Shown here piece by piece: positions 9,112 to 19,894 of a stretch of 64,000 nucleotides of DNA. The position numbers were made by a program, and so were the translations under genes. Position 1 is the first letter of the stretch. Each line of letters opens with the position of its first letter. The DNA lies in the sequence record PP777464.1; one strand, written 5' to 3'. The notes beneath the pieces were generated by a model, which did no database searches, had not been told where the DNA came from, and was given only the letters and a program-made list of their open reading frames with translations.

Positions 9112-10917
9112 ATGCAATTAGATAAATTATATACTGACGTAACAAATTTCCTAAATCAGAGCAATACTGATCTTACAAATGAAAATGCAAACAAAGATGC
9201 GAAATGCGTCAATACACACAGGGATTTACTTGCTGGTATCCTATCTAAGCATTATTCACAAGATGTTATTCCAAAGGAGCTAATGCAGTGGCATAATGAT
9301 GGTTATGGTCATATTCATGATTTAGACTACTATATCAGCCCATTAACTAACTGTTGCTTAGTTAACTACCCAGATATGCTAAAAAATGGATTTACCATTG
9401 GTTGTGCCAAAATTGAAGAACCAAAGAGTTTTAGTGTAGCATGTACAGTACTGACACAAATTGTACAAGCTGTTGCTAGTTCCCAGTACGGTGGTCAATC
9501 GTTGGCTCATATCGACGTTGGTCTTGAACCTTACGTCCAAAAGTCGTGGGATAAGCTATTAGCGAAGCAAAAGGCATATAATCTCAGTACTGAATACATT
9601 GAGGAAGAATTACGAAAAGAAGTCTATGATGGGTGTCAAACCTTACTTTACCAGACAAATTCAATGATTAGTACAAATGGTCAAGCAGCATTCATTTCTC
9701 TTAGTTTAGGACTGAATACTTCAAAATTTGGTAAATTAATCACTGAACAGTACTTAAAAGTACATGAGAATGGTTTAGGTAAAGATAAGATCACTCCTGT
9801 GTTTCCTAAAGTAATTTTCTTTTTACAGGACGGAATCAACATGAATAGCGATGATTGCAACTATGACATGAAACAGTTGGCAATGCGTTGTGCATCGAAG
9901 AGAATCTACCCAGACTTCGTTTCTGTGCCGTTAAATCACAAAGTTACAGGAAGTAGCAGTACAGCAGTAACTCCTATGGGTTGTCGTTCATTTTTAGGAA
10001 AATGGGAAGATTCCAATGGAAATGAGCAATATAACGGTCGTTTCAACTTAGGCGTGGTTTCTATCAATTTACCTCTAATTGCTCTTGAAAGTGCCTCAGA
10101 TGGAGAGTTTTTTGATAAAATAGACGAGCATATGAATATTGCATATCGTGCTCAGATGAACCGCGTAGAGCGTTTAAAAGGCACAAAAGCGAAGCAGAAT
10201 CCGATTTTGTTCATGGAAGGTGCACTTTCACGTTTAGGGGCAGAAGAAACGATTGACAAGCTATTTTATAACGGATATGCTAGTATTAGTATTGGTTACG
10301 TTGGTTTAGTTGAATGTTCAGAAATTCTGACTGGTTCTATCAGTAAGGAGTTCTGTATGTCAGTACTGAATTATATGAAAGTAAAATGCGATGAGTTCAA
10401 AAAAGAGAGTAATATAGCTTTTAGTCTATATGGAACCCCAGCAGAGTCACTTTGCTACAAATTTGCACGTTGCATCGAATCTAAATACCCTTCAGTACTA
10501 AAACGTGATTACATCACAAATTCCTTCCATCAACCAGTATGGGTAGAAAGTTCTGCATTTGATAAGTGGAGCTACGAAGAGGGCTTTGCTTACCTCAGTA
10601 ATGGAGGAAACATCAGTTATGTGGAATCACCCAACCTAAGTAACAATATTCAAGCACTTGAGACTTTAGTCAATTACGCTTACACAAAGATTCCATATTT
10701 TGGCATCAACCAGCCAATTGACCAGTGTTACGAGTGTGGGTATAAAGGTGAGTTCAGTGTAGATAAACACGGTTTTCATTGTCCAGTATGTGATAATCGC
10801 AATGAGAAGACAATCTCAGTGATTCGTCGTGTTTCTGGATATTTGGGGAACCCATCGTCTCGTGGATTCAACAAAGGCAAACAACAAGAATGTTGTGAGC
10901 GTATACAACACAAATAA
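9112..10917 (+). CDS. nrdD: anaerobic (class III) ribonucleoside-triphosphate reductase, T4-type without ATP cone
   Basis: NENANKD, HIHDLDY, PMGCRSFL, zinc motif CYECG...CPVC, glycyl-radical motif RRVSGYL; RBS favours ATG at 9112. Confidence 0.96.
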   Translation: MQLDKLYTDVTNFLNQSNTDLTNENANKDAKCVNTHRDLLAGILSKHYSQDVIPKELMQWHNDGYGHIHDLDYYISPLTNCCLVNYPDMLKNGFTIGCAKIEEPKSFSVACTVLTQIVQAVASSQYGGQSLAHIDVGLEPYVQKSWDKLLAKQKAYNLSTEYIEEELRKEVYDGCQTLLYQTNSMISTNGQAAFISLSLGLNTSKFGKLITEQYLKVHENGLGKDKITPVFPKVIFFLQDGINMNSDDCNYDMKQLAMRCASKRIYPDFVSVPLNHKVTGSSSTAVTPMGCRSFLGKWEDSNGNEQYNGRFNLGVVSINLPLIALESASDGEFFDKIDEHMNIAYRAQMNRVERLKGTKAKQNPILFMEGALSRLGAEETIDKLFYNGYASISIGYVGLVECSEILTGSISKEFCMSVLNYMKVKCDEFKKESNIAFSLYGTPAESLCYKFARCIESKYPSVLKRDYITNSFHQPVWVESSAFDKWSYEEGFAYLSNGGNISYVESPNLSNNIQALETLVNYAYTKIPYFGINQPIDQCYECGYKGEFSVDKHGFHCPVCDNRNEKTISVIRRVSGYLGNPSSRGFNKGKQQECCERIQHK

Positions 10918-10925
10918 GGTACATT

Positions 10926-11252
10926 ATGGATTTAAAGCCAATTGTGGTTAACAAATATAAAGAACCGTATGATGTGTATATCGGTCGTGGGTCTAAATGG
11001 GGCAACCCATTTACCCATATCAGTGATAAACAGACCAAAGCCGAGTTCATTGTTGCTACAAGGGAAGAATCAATCGAAAAGTTCAGAGAATACATTATTG
11101 AGCGTATTTCTAACGGTGAAGTTCAGATTGATGATTTACTTGAGTTAGCAGGGAAACGTCTTGGCTGTTTCTGTAAACCGAAATCATGTCATGGTGATGT
11201 TCTCGTTGAGATAGTGAGTGCAATATTAGATGAATTACCAGACGATAATTAA
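10926..11252 (+). CDS. DUF4326-family protein
   Basis: YDVYIGRGSKWGNPF...LAGKRLGCFCKPKSCHGDVL. Confidence 0.85.
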   Translation: MDLKPIVVNKYKEPYDVYIGRGSKWGNPFTHISDKQTKAEFIVATREESIEKFREYIIERISNGEVQIDDLLELAGKRLGCFCKPKSCHGDVLVEIVSAILDELPDDN

Positions 11253-11700
11253 AGACGACCTTATTAATGGGGAGGGAGTAAGATGCTCCCTTTTTGTTAG
11301 TGGGTGCAGTCATGGGTGTGACGGATGCTTCAACGAAGAAGCATGGGATTATAGAAGTGGACAAGAGTTCAGTACTGATACAATTGATATAATTTTAGCT
11401 GAACTCAGTAAGCCTTACGTTAGTGGATTATCCCTCCTTGGTGGAGATCCTCTAATGAAAAAGAACATAGAAACAATTTTAGAACTATGTAAGATTGTAA
11501 AAGAGACTTATCCCAATAAAACTATTTGGTGCTGGAGTGGATATACTTTAGAAGAGATTATGAATAATCATGCTAAAGACATTCTTCAGTACTTAGATGT
11601 ATTAGTTGATGGTAAATTTGTTTCAGAAGAAAAGAATTTAACATTACCATTTCGTGGTTCAAATAACCAACGAATTTTATATAAAAATAAAGACTTTTAA
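11230..11700 (+). CDS. nrdG: anaerobic RNR activating enzyme (radical SAM)
   Basis: NGEGVRCSLFVSGCSHGCDGC, LLGGDP, FRGSNNQR. Confidence 0.95.
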   Translation: MNYQTIIKDDLINGEGVRCSLFVSGCSHGCDGCFNEEAWDYRSGQEFSTDTIDIILAELSKPYVSGLSLLGGDPLMKKNIETILELCKIVKETYPNKTIWCWSGYTLEEIMNNHAKDILQYLDVLVDGKFVSEEKNLTLPFRGSNNQRILYKNKDF

Positions 11701-11704
11701 ACAC

Positions 11705-11727
11705 AAGCACCCAATGGGTGCTTTTTT
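11705..11727 (+). terminator. rho-independent terminator
   Basis: AAGCACCCA-A-TGGGTGCTT plus T run. Confidence 0.75.
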
Positions 11728-11737
11728 ATTACATTCA

Positions 11738-11743
11738 TAAATA
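11738..11743 (+). promoter_or_regulatory. putative late promoter (TAAATA)
   Basis: TAAATA recurs before structural genes (also 38621, 40492, 43256, 43558, 44335, 47268); resembles the T4 late motif TATAAATA. Confidence 0.6.
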
Positions 11744-11776
11744 CAGTAACTAATATCTAAATTACAAGGGATATGT

Positions 11777-14473
11777 ATGTCAAAGAAAATATATGGTGGC
11801 TTAGACGTCACTCATAATGTGACAGTTAAAGGGAAAAGAACAGTACAGGGCATCAATGATCAAGTATTTGATGCTAATGGTAATATGGAAATTGATACAT
11901 ATTCCAAAGAAGAATTACTTGATGTAATTAGTTTACTTCCAATCTCGCATTATGGTACACATAACTATCTACCTGCTGGGGTATCTGGTGATTTTAATGG
12001 TGCATCAGAAAACCAATCCCAACGTAGAAACAAAATACTTTTAGAAAACGATGGCACATTAGTACTATTACGTAGTGGTACAAACGGTAGTGTTGAAGGT
12101 TTATTTTATTCTTACCTAGCGAACGCATTATCCGTTACCGATATGAGCCGTACTGTTAATACAAGCCGTCAGTATAAGCCTGGCTATTTTGGGGCAAACC
12201 GTGTTGCTATTGGTTTATACAATACTGATTCAAAAATACTGTTAGGTCGTTACAATGACACATCTACCAATACTAATGGGTTGTTTATATCAGTAACGAA
12301 TGGTACATTGGATGATACACAACATAGTGGTCTTTTTGTGAACCAAGCTGATATTTCACCTGAAGGTGGGATTGAGTATGCTATGATGGCAGAAGACGGT
12401 TCAGTTTATGTATTCAACGTCCTTAATGAAAATAACAAACTACAGATTGTTGTTGTTCGTGTTGTATTGAATATTGCAAACGGTACTTATACTGCTACCC
12501 GAATCACGGGATGGACAACAAAAACTTTTTACAATACTACATATACTGCTCAGAATAATATAATCATTACTGACCATGTTAACTCAACTAATATTGCTGA
12601 TAAGCCATATGTCTATGTACCACAAAATTTGGCTGGTATGGGGATTTATATGACATCTATCGATTTATATGTTGCTCAGGAGCCAGGAACGCAGAACTTC
12701 CGATTCAGAATGAATGGTGACGCATGGTTCACTATGGCAAACTACAATACCCGACCACAGCATAGTTATAGTTTCAATTTTAACATGAGTACTAAACAAT
12801 GTAACTTGGATAATGGGAACGATATTGGTACATTTGCTGCACCATTTGTTGTTACAAACACAGGTTCGGCATTGGTTGCTACTGGTAACGTTCTCAACAA
12901 AGATCCTTTATATGACCATAGCGGTGCAAGAAACATTTACAGTTCATATTATTATCTGAATACAGGTGAAGTATTCTGTACTGCATGTCCAAACTTAGCA
13001 GAACCATTGCTTATGCAGAAAGCTAAATTTACTGCACAATCAATATATAGCATGATTAATGTACGTGCGAACATTTCAACTGATTTCAGAAATGGCATAG
13101 TTCGTCCTTCATTTGGTTCAGCAGTTGGTTCTTTTATTAACGGCGTAGAATTGCTTCCAGGGAACAGTACTAAACAGTATTCTCGTTCAACTGGTTCTGG
13201 TGCATTCCGTCCATCTTATGCAGTTCATAAAAGTACTCCTAACTTTACGTTTAATTCTTTATCACGTGGAACCATACAAGGTTATGAGCCAACAACAGAA
13301 CGTGCTAATGTGACAGATAACACGAACAACAGAGTTTTTATTAGTTCCATTAGTGGTAATAATGTTACTACAAATGGTGGGATATTCATGGTAGGTCAGA
13401 GATATTCCCAATCACTATCATATGATAAAAATATGAACGGAACTGGTATCATTAGTGTTACTCAATCTGTACTTGATAATTTCAGAAATGCTGAATACGC
13501 CAAAGTACTAAGCGACTGGAACTTATCTTCCGCTGCTTATAAAGATATGACATTGTTTGTTCCACAACAAACTGATATACCTGCATTCGTAATGCTAAGT
13601 ACAGTTACAAATACATATCAGAACTATATTAGAATTGCTGAAGTGAATGTGAATACACGTTCAGGTAATATCACTACAATTACCTTCAAGCGTTTAGTAC
13701 TAGAAAACGTTTACGGAAGTAACTTTACACCAAATGGTAATGGTAGTTTTGCTTCGTCTTCTGTTGGTTTAACAATATATGATGGTGGTTCTTTCTACTT
13801 CATAGGTGGTTCTGACCCATTATCTCACCCAACTATTGGTAATACAAACACACACCAATTCAGAGCATATGTAACAAAAGCAACTGCACAATTTGATAGT
13901 TTTATTATCAGTGGTTCACATGCAAGTTATGAGCAAGGTATTCAACCAGCAGCTTTACCTGGTATTGGTTTTGGTTATTTCCAAGCAATAGACTATGTAA
14001 ACAAAATGACTTTCCAAAAATGTGGTACTACAATTGCTGATTATAATAACTGGACTGCTCAAGGTGCACCGATTAACGTAGTTTCACAAGACGTTGCTCA
14101 AGGTTTTATTGTGTACTTCACAGAAGAAACTCCAGTAATTCTTTCTGGTAAAGCATTTACATTACCGATTACTAGTATAAACTTAACTACAGTTAAGGCT
14201 AATCCAGCAAACACATTATTTCATGTATATGTTAAAATGGAACAAGGTAATGCAAAATATGTAATAACAACTGATGTTATTTCAGAAACTGGTTCTACAG
14301 CATATAATATTTTCTGGATAGGTACTATACAAACAAACTCACTACAAATATCAAATGTTAACATACAAAAACGTTCAAGATTGGATATTTTCGGTGCGTC
14401 TCTTGAAGCTGCTGGTTCTTCATTCCCAGTTAGTTATGGTCTACCGTCACAAACAGGAACAATCAATTGGTAA
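11777..14473 (+). CDS. large virion structural protein (paralog of 15090-17819)
   Basis: Ser/Thr/Asn/Gly-rich; shares LLRSGTNGS.EG..Y and VSQDVA.GF.VYFT.E.PV motifs with the paralog; late motif upstream. Confidence 0.7.
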   Translation: MSKKIYGGLDVTHNVTVKGKRTVQGINDQVFDANGNMEIDTYSKEELLDVISLLPISHYGTHNYLPAGVSGDFNGASENQSQRRNKILLENDGTLVLLRSGTNGSVEGLFYSYLANALSVTDMSRTVNTSRQYKPGYFGANRVAIGLYNTDSKILLGRYNDTSTNTNGLFISVTNGTLDDTQHSGLFVNQADISPEGGIEYAMMAEDGSVYVFNVLNENNKLQIVVVRVVLNIANGTYTATRITGWTTKTFYNTTYTAQNNIIITDHVNSTNIADKPYVYVPQNLAGMGIYMTSIDLYVAQEPGTQNFRFRMNGDAWFTMANYNTRPQHSYSFNFNMSTKQCNLDNGNDIGTFAAPFVVTNTGSALVATGNVLNKDPLYDHSGARNIYSSYYYLNTGEVFCTACPNLAEPLLMQKAKFTAQSIYSMINVRANISTDFRNGIVRPSFGSAVGSFINGVELLPGNSTKQYSRSTGSGAFRPSYAVHKSTPNFTFNSLSRGTIQGYEPTTERANVTDNTNNRVFISSISGNNVTTNGGIFMVGQRYSQSLSYDKNMNGTGIISVTQSVLDNFRNAEYAKVLSDWNLSSAAYKDMTLFVPQQTDIPAFVMLSTVTNTYQNYIRIAEVNVNTRSGNITTITFKRLVLENVYGSNFTPNGNGSFASSSVGLTIYDGGSFYFIGGSDPLSHPTIGNTNTHQFRAYVTKATAQFDSFIISGSHASYEQGIQPAALPGIGFGYFQAIDYVNKMTFQKCGTTIADYNNWTAQGAPINVVSQDVAQGFIVYFTEETPVILSGKAFTLPITSINLTTVKANPANTLFHVYVKMEQGNAKYVITTDVISETGSTAYNIFWIGTIQTNSLQISNVNIQKRSRLDIFGASLEAAGSSFPVSYGLPSQTGTINW

Positions 14474-14485
14474 AGGATTAATCTT

Positions 14486-15073
14486 ATGGCATATATTATA
14501 AGATCCGATATCGAAGCTATGTCACAAATCGTAGTCCAGAATAAAAACACTGGACTATCTATTAGTGATATTAATGACGTATCGTATCGAACAGACGCAA
14601 ATGGGGAATGTACATTCCCCCTCTTAACAAAAGATGAAGTTGATTCTATTGTTAACGGTTTACCATTATCACAATATGGTGAACTTTATGATGTATCTAG
14701 TTTGTCAATTACATCAAGCGGTTATTCATTACGTTTTAACCGAGAGATACCTGCATTCATCGGTGGCTATCTTTATAATTACCCTGTTGTTGCAGTGACA
14801 GCACCAACAGTGGCATCAGGCACACAAACACAATATGTATACGCTACTTTAGTACTGGGAGAGCCAATTTATAGAATCTCAACTTCACAATTACAAGAAT
14901 CACAGATTATAATGTTCATCGGGACTATTACCGTTGGAACTTCTGGTATTACTGCTATCAACATTGAACGCGTATCACGATTCAATACATACAGACCAAG
15001 TACAACACAAAAAGGTTCATCTTTCCCAGTCAGTACTGGAAATCCAACACAAACTGGTACATTAGGCTGGTAA
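14486..15073 (+). CDS. short paralog of the flanking structural proteins
   Basis: N-terminal LPLSQYG and C-terminal SRFNTYRPSTTQKGSSFPVSTG.P.QTG.L.W match both neighbours. Confidence 0.7.
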   Translation: MAYIIRSDIEAMSQIVVQNKNTGLSISDINDVSYRTDANGECTFPLLTKDEVDSIVNGLPLSQYGELYDVSSLSITSSGYSLRFNREIPAFIGGYLYNYPVVAVTAPTVASGTQTQYVYATLVLGEPIYRISTSQLQESQIIMFIGTITVGTSGITAINIERVSRFNTYRPSTTQKGSSFPVSTGNPTQTGTLGW

Positions 15074-15089
15074 TTAAAGGAAAAAGAAT

Positions 15090-17819
15090 ATGTCATCCAA
15101 ACGCATCATTGGTAGTGCTGCTATACTTGGAAATTTGGCAATTGGTGGAAAGTACGCTATGCGTACTTTTAATGGTACAGCACCAGACGCAAATACAGGT
15201 ATTGTTGACTATCCAATTTATAAAAGATCAGAAGTTCAAAAAATACTTGATATGTTACCAATCTCCCGTATAGGGGAAATGGATTATCTACCATTAAACG
15301 TTAATGGTTCATACGAAGGGGCAACGTCGCTTTCAGATGTATACCGTATGCAACCAACAATAGTCGAAGATGATGGTACTGGTGTGGTATTACGTGCTGG
15401 TACAAATGGTAGTACTGAAGGATATTACTATGCATTCATTCGTGATTTGCGTAATATTGATGCACTAACACAAAGTAGTGTTATCAGTACTACATCAAAA
15501 TATCATCCTAGAATTCTTCCAAGTACTGAAAATGTTAAACAGTTCATCGGAACGAATGGTTATGAATTACTAGTTAGCCTATCTAGTGCAAGTAATTATA
15601 TTTTCACTTTAACAAATGGTACATTTAACGAAGTTGCACATATTCACGCTTCTATCGCTGCTACATCATTTGGTACAGATAAACCATTGTATGCACATAT
15701 CGTTAATGATAAAGTATTTGTGTGGTGCAAAGACACTACTATAGCAAACTATGGTTTGGCTTTAACATTATATACTGTTAATACAAGTAGTATTAAAGAT
15801 GGTACTATGAGTACTTTTGCTAAGGTTACTGGTTTTTCTGGTCAAACCTTAAGAAGTGTTAACTACACAAGTGCTAATAATTTGAAAATTTATGAAAGAT
15901 TATATTCAGTTGGAACTAGTAGTGATTCATTATTTGAATGCACTTCACCAGTTACACGAGTTGAATATTCAGATTATACAGATTATAATATACAAGCAAA
16001 CGTAAGTCCAGATTTATCAAAGATTAGAATTACATTATTCCCAACTAACCGTTTAGTATCAAATCTATATATTAGTACTGTTTATGCTAGTGGTTTTAGT
16101 TTTGTTTATACTATCAACTCTAAATCATTATCAATTGATGGAAGTAGTAGAGCACCAATAGCAGCGGAATATAATGATGTTGATGGATTCACACTAACAA
16201 ACCCATTTGCCATTGAGATGAATAACTTCATGGGTACACAGTTAGGTGTTCCACAATTAGGTAACGTTGGTTCTATATGCCAAACCTATGACGGTTTAGT
16301 ATTCAGCACACGTGCTCGTTGGAGTTCTTCTGAAACCTATGGTATTCAGGTTTATAACGTAACAGGAACACCATATGATAGTTGGGTTGCCAGTACTCGC
16401 AAAGCGAACAATTCTAAATTTGTAAACGTTGCCCCAACATATGGTAGTGCAGTAGGTGAAAACCTTTTAGGAACACGTTTTATTGATAAACGTAAAGTAC
16501 TGTTAGCATGTTCTGGAACATATGAAGATGAGTCATATGGTTATAACAATACAGTATTTTCTGAAATTGGTACTGATCCAACCTTCCAGTTCAATTCAGT
16601 ACAAAACAATACAACACTTAATGGTTTTGCACCACAAGCTAACCGAACTCGTCTTGGTGATGATTTCAAATATACAGGTATGATTTCACTAATTGATACT
16701 GACGGTTCAGTTAAATGTTATGGGACATCATTCATTGAAGGTGTATACAAAACAAGTGGTGGTTTGTTTAACCCAGATACTTTAGAATTTGATGGTTCTT
16801 ATACAATTGGTGATAATGTTCTGGAAACATTAAAACAAGAAATACTTGCTAATATTGGAATAGTAGGAGCATTTTCTGGTAAAATTGCTTTATATTATGT
16901 ACCAGATAGTTCTTTCTCAAAATCTATTGCGGTGGTTTCTGCATATAACTTAGGAAATAACCAAGGTTATGCAATATATTCTGAAGTTGATGTCACGGTT
17001 TCAGGAACCAATATTAGTTCTGCGTCTATGGTGAGTTCTAGATACGAAACACTTAATTCTGTAACAGGTATTGTAACCGAAGCCTATATGAAACGCTGTA
17101 CTGGTCTAACTGTTGCTAAGTATTCTGGTTTTGGTTATATTGGTGTTGATGCAGTTCATCAGTTTTCACAACCTGGTAATGCTCAATTCAAATTGATGAT
17201 TGCTAAAACAGTGAATGGTTTGATTACATCTAACCGATTTATGTCATCCAGCTACATAGATAATGGCAATGCATTCCAGCACGGAGTTATACCAGGTGTT
17301 GGATTTGGATACTATCATCTTCAAGATTCAGATTATCAAACTAAAGCAGTGTTTAGTCTCTTTGGGACAACATCAGCACAGATGGATGGGTTGATTGATG
17401 GTTCAGGAACTGTACAAGATAAAATCGTAGTAGTTTCACAAGATGTTGCTGAAGGTTTCACTGTGTACTTCACCCGTGAAGTTCCGGTATTCCTTGGTGG
17501 TATGTTTGATAGATTGGCGATTCAAACCATAGAATTAAGTACTATTAAAACTAACCCAGCTAACAGTACTTTTTATCTTTACATTCAAATGAACCGTAAC
17601 ACAAGAAAAGCGGCATACGTTATCAGTACAACTCTTCTTGATGAGACATTGACAAACGTATATGTTGGTGATATTGTTACTGGAAGTACGAGTATTACGT
17701 CAATTGATACTGAAAAGGTAACCCGATTCTTGACATACAGACCTAGTACGACCAAGCGTGGTTCTGCTATCCCCGCAAGTACTGGTGTTCCTTCAAGCTC
17801 TGGTACACGTTGGCATTAA
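15090..17819 (+). CDS. large virion structural protein (paralog of 11777-14473)
   Basis: Same motif set as 11777-14473. Confidence 0.7.
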   Translation: MSSKRIIGSAAILGNLAIGGKYAMRTFNGTAPDANTGIVDYPIYKRSEVQKILDMLPISRIGEMDYLPLNVNGSYEGATSLSDVYRMQPTIVEDDGTGVVLRAGTNGSTEGYYYAFIRDLRNIDALTQSSVISTTSKYHPRILPSTENVKQFIGTNGYELLVSLSSASNYIFTLTNGTFNEVAHIHASIAATSFGTDKPLYAHIVNDKVFVWCKDTTIANYGLALTLYTVNTSSIKDGTMSTFAKVTGFSGQTLRSVNYTSANNLKIYERLYSVGTSSDSLFECTSPVTRVEYSDYTDYNIQANVSPDLSKIRITLFPTNRLVSNLYISTVYASGFSFVYTINSKSLSIDGSSRAPIAAEYNDVDGFTLTNPFAIEMNNFMGTQLGVPQLGNVGSICQTYDGLVFSTRARWSSSETYGIQVYNVTGTPYDSWVASTRKANNSKFVNVAPTYGSAVGENLLGTRFIDKRKVLLACSGTYEDESYGYNNTVFSEIGTDPTFQFNSVQNNTTLNGFAPQANRTRLGDDFKYTGMISLIDTDGSVKCYGTSFIEGVYKTSGGLFNPDTLEFDGSYTIGDNVLETLKQEILANIGIVGAFSGKIALYYVPDSSFSKSIAVVSAYNLGNNQGYAIYSEVDVTVSGTNISSASMVSSRYETLNSVTGIVTEAYMKRCTGLTVAKYSGFGYIGVDAVHQFSQPGNAQFKLMIAKTVNGLITSNRFMSSSYIDNGNAFQHGVIPGVGFGYYHLQDSDYQTKAVFSLFGTTSAQMDGLIDGSGTVQDKIVVVSQDVAEGFTVYFTREVPVFLGGMFDRLAIQTIELSTIKTNPANSTFYLYIQMNRNTRKAAYVISTTLLDETLTNVYVGDIVTGSTSITSIDTEKVTRFLTYRPSTTKRGSAIPASTGVPSSSGTRWH

Positions 17820-17826
17820 AAATTTT

Positions 17827-17855
17827 AAGCTCGTCTATTGACGGGCTTTTCTTTT
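17827..17855 (+). terminator. rho-independent terminator
   Basis: AAGCTCGTC-TATT-GACGGGCTT plus T run. Confidence 0.75.
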
Positions 17856-17889
17856 ATGTGTATAATGCTAGAAAATACAGGAGGAAATT

Positions 17890-18456
17890 ATGGTCAAATC
17901 TTTACTACCACCACCAAAGCGTCACAAAATCCAAGAAATGAAAGACCAACGTACATTAAAGATGTACAACAATTTAGTTAAGTTACTGTGTAAAAGTCCA
18001 TCGCTCAAAGCAGAGTTTAAAACTGATGATGACCGCAAAGCACTAATTGAGATGAAGTATATGCTCAGTAAAATGTCCTTTTACAAATTTGTAAAAGAAT
18101 ACGCATCTGACCCATTTAGTCCTCGTTGGAGAACCAAACCAAGAGAGTTTTTTTTCGGTGGTTCATATACTGATATCATTCAAGATACTGTGATAGGCGT
18201 AGAGTTCGAGATTGATTATGAGCCGAATGGTGTGGAAAACTTGCTGATTGAGAAACGTTTACCAAGTGAAGAAGAAATTTATGTTTATGCAAGAAAACTT
18301 TCAACTTACAGTTCAAGAATTACTCTAGGCAAGTTAGATTCATTTATTATTTTCTATATACGTGTTGGTGTAGATAAAATGGTAACTAAACTCAATGAAC
18401 TTTCATTACAACAAAAACAGATTAATGCATACAAAGACATTACTGATTTATACTAA
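17890..18456 (+). CDS. hypothetical protein, tandem paralog 1
   Basis: DRKALIEMKYMLSK motif shared with the next two genes; GAGG RBS. Confidence 0.75.
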   Translation: MVKSLLPPPKRHKIQEMKDQRTLKMYNNLVKLLCKSPSLKAEFKTDDDRKALIEMKYMLSKMSFYKFVKEYASDPFSPRWRTKPREFFFGGSYTDIIQDTVIGVEFEIDYEPNGVENLLIEKRLPSEEEIYVYARKLSTYSSRITLGKLDSFIIFYIRVGVDKMVTKLNELSLQQKQINAYKDITDLY

Positions 18457-18462
18457 TGAGGA

Positions 18463-18984
18463 ATGAATATGTTTTTTGGCCCAGTTGGAAAACAAAACAG
18501 TACTTTAATTTGGCATGAAATTATCTTTAAAATTATATCAAAAAGTTTCACACTTAAAGATATCATCAATACAGATCAAGATCGTCGTGTTCTGTTAGAA
18601 GCAAAATATAAATTGAGCAAACACCCTTTGCTACCATTAATCATTGATTACGTTAATGATTATGAATCCAGTCGTTGGAAGTTTGAAGAAGGCGGTTTAT
18701 TTCGTGGAAAAACATTCTACGGTGCGGAACGATATGTATTCAGTGATGCAACAAATGGCGTTAAGTTTGCTATTAGAAACTTTAACTCCAAAGAAAATGA
18801 TTATCTTGAAAGTGGAGTGAAAGTATATATCGATAATAATAGCAATGTTCTAACATATGACGAATCACTAATTATGTTACAAATAATGCGTGGCGTTGAA
18901 GGTGTAAGACACAATCTTACTAATTTGAAAATTCAGCAAAATGATATACATAATAGACAGAAAATTAAGGGTTTATATAAATGA
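18463..18984 (+). CDS. hypothetical protein, tandem paralog 2
   Basis: DRRVLLEAKYKLSK. Confidence 0.75.
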   Translation: MNMFFGPVGKQNSTLIWHEIIFKIISKSFTLKDIINTDQDRRVLLEAKYKLSKHPLLPLIIDYVNDYESSRWKFEEGGLFRGKTFYGAERYVFSDATNGVKFAIRNFNSKENDYLESGVKVYIDNNSNVLTYDESLIMLQIMRGVEGVRHNLTNLKIQQNDIHNRQKIKGLYK

Positions 18985-19490
18985 TTTCATTTTTCAAAAA
19001 GAAAGAAAAAGTTGATGAAACTGGATTAGAATCGTTTCTATGGACTCTTATCATCAAAAAAAGTCCATTGATAAAAGAATATGCCATCAATGATACTAAT
19101 AGAAAAACTATCATTGAATACAAATACGAATTATCAAAATGTGATCCGATTGTTTACCACTTTGTAAAGTACTGTTCTAAAAATTTATCGGATATCACCA
19201 TTGATTATGAGTCAGTACCAATGAGTTTTCCTTATGGAGATTGGGTAAATACTTATGATATTTTTGATGGGTCTAACGGATTCAATTTTTATTTCACATC
19301 AAATAAAGCATATGTTCGAATCAAAACAGATATAGGTTGGGCATTACATAGCTCAAATAAAGAAGATTATAATTTATTAGCTGATGTATACAGAAGTGTT
19401 AAGAATTCAAAGGATATTGATGAAAGAATTAAAAAGCAAAATCGCATTTCTTTATCTTTAGAAACATATAAGTCAAAGTACGGTGGTTAA
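18981..19490 (+). CDS. hypothetical protein, tandem paralog 3
   Basis: NRKTIIEYKYELSK. Confidence 0.7.
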   Translation: MISFFKKKEKVDETGLESFLWTLIIKKSPLIKEYAINDTNRKTIIEYKYELSKCDPIVYHFVKYCSKNLSDITIDYESVPMSFPYGDWVNTYDIFDGSNGFNFYFTSNKAYVRIKTDIGWALHSSNKEDYNLLADVYRSVKNSKDIDERIKKQNRISLSLETYKSKYGG

Positions 19491-19492
19491 TT

Positions 19493-19894
19493 ATGACTAC
19501 AATCGATGATATCTACAGTACTATACGCAATATGAGTACAGATAGAAAAGTCTTTGGTGACAAAGAAAAGTCCAAATGTTATGGCATCGATTCTTTTGAT
19601 ATTATTTCATACGAATATAATAACAATGGGACAAGTTCACTAAACATTGTGTGTCCACGAGATCCAGAAAATAATTTCATGTACGTTGAAATTAACAATG
19701 ATGGTATGTTCTTTACTAAAGTATGTAAAGGTGGGAAAGAATACGAACCCATCGAAGTAATGAATGAAGAGAAATTCTTCCAAGAAGATACCATCATCAA
19801 TCTTGGATTTAGTTACAATGACTATCAAGTACTGGATCATGATTTTAAACGATACTATAATGGTTTTCTAAAGGAGTTAACGATTTACTTATGA
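19493..19894 (+). CDS. hypothetical protein (E..FFQ family, see 32724-34611)
   Basis: C-terminal NEEKFFQEDTIINLGFSYNDY. Confidence 0.7.
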   Translation: MTTIDDIYSTIRNMSTDRKVFGDKEKSKCYGIDSFDIISYEYNNNGTSSLNIVCPRDPENNFMYVEINNDGMFFTKVCKGGKEYEPIEVMNEEKFFQEDTIINLGFSYNDYQVLDHDFKRYYNGFLKELTIYL

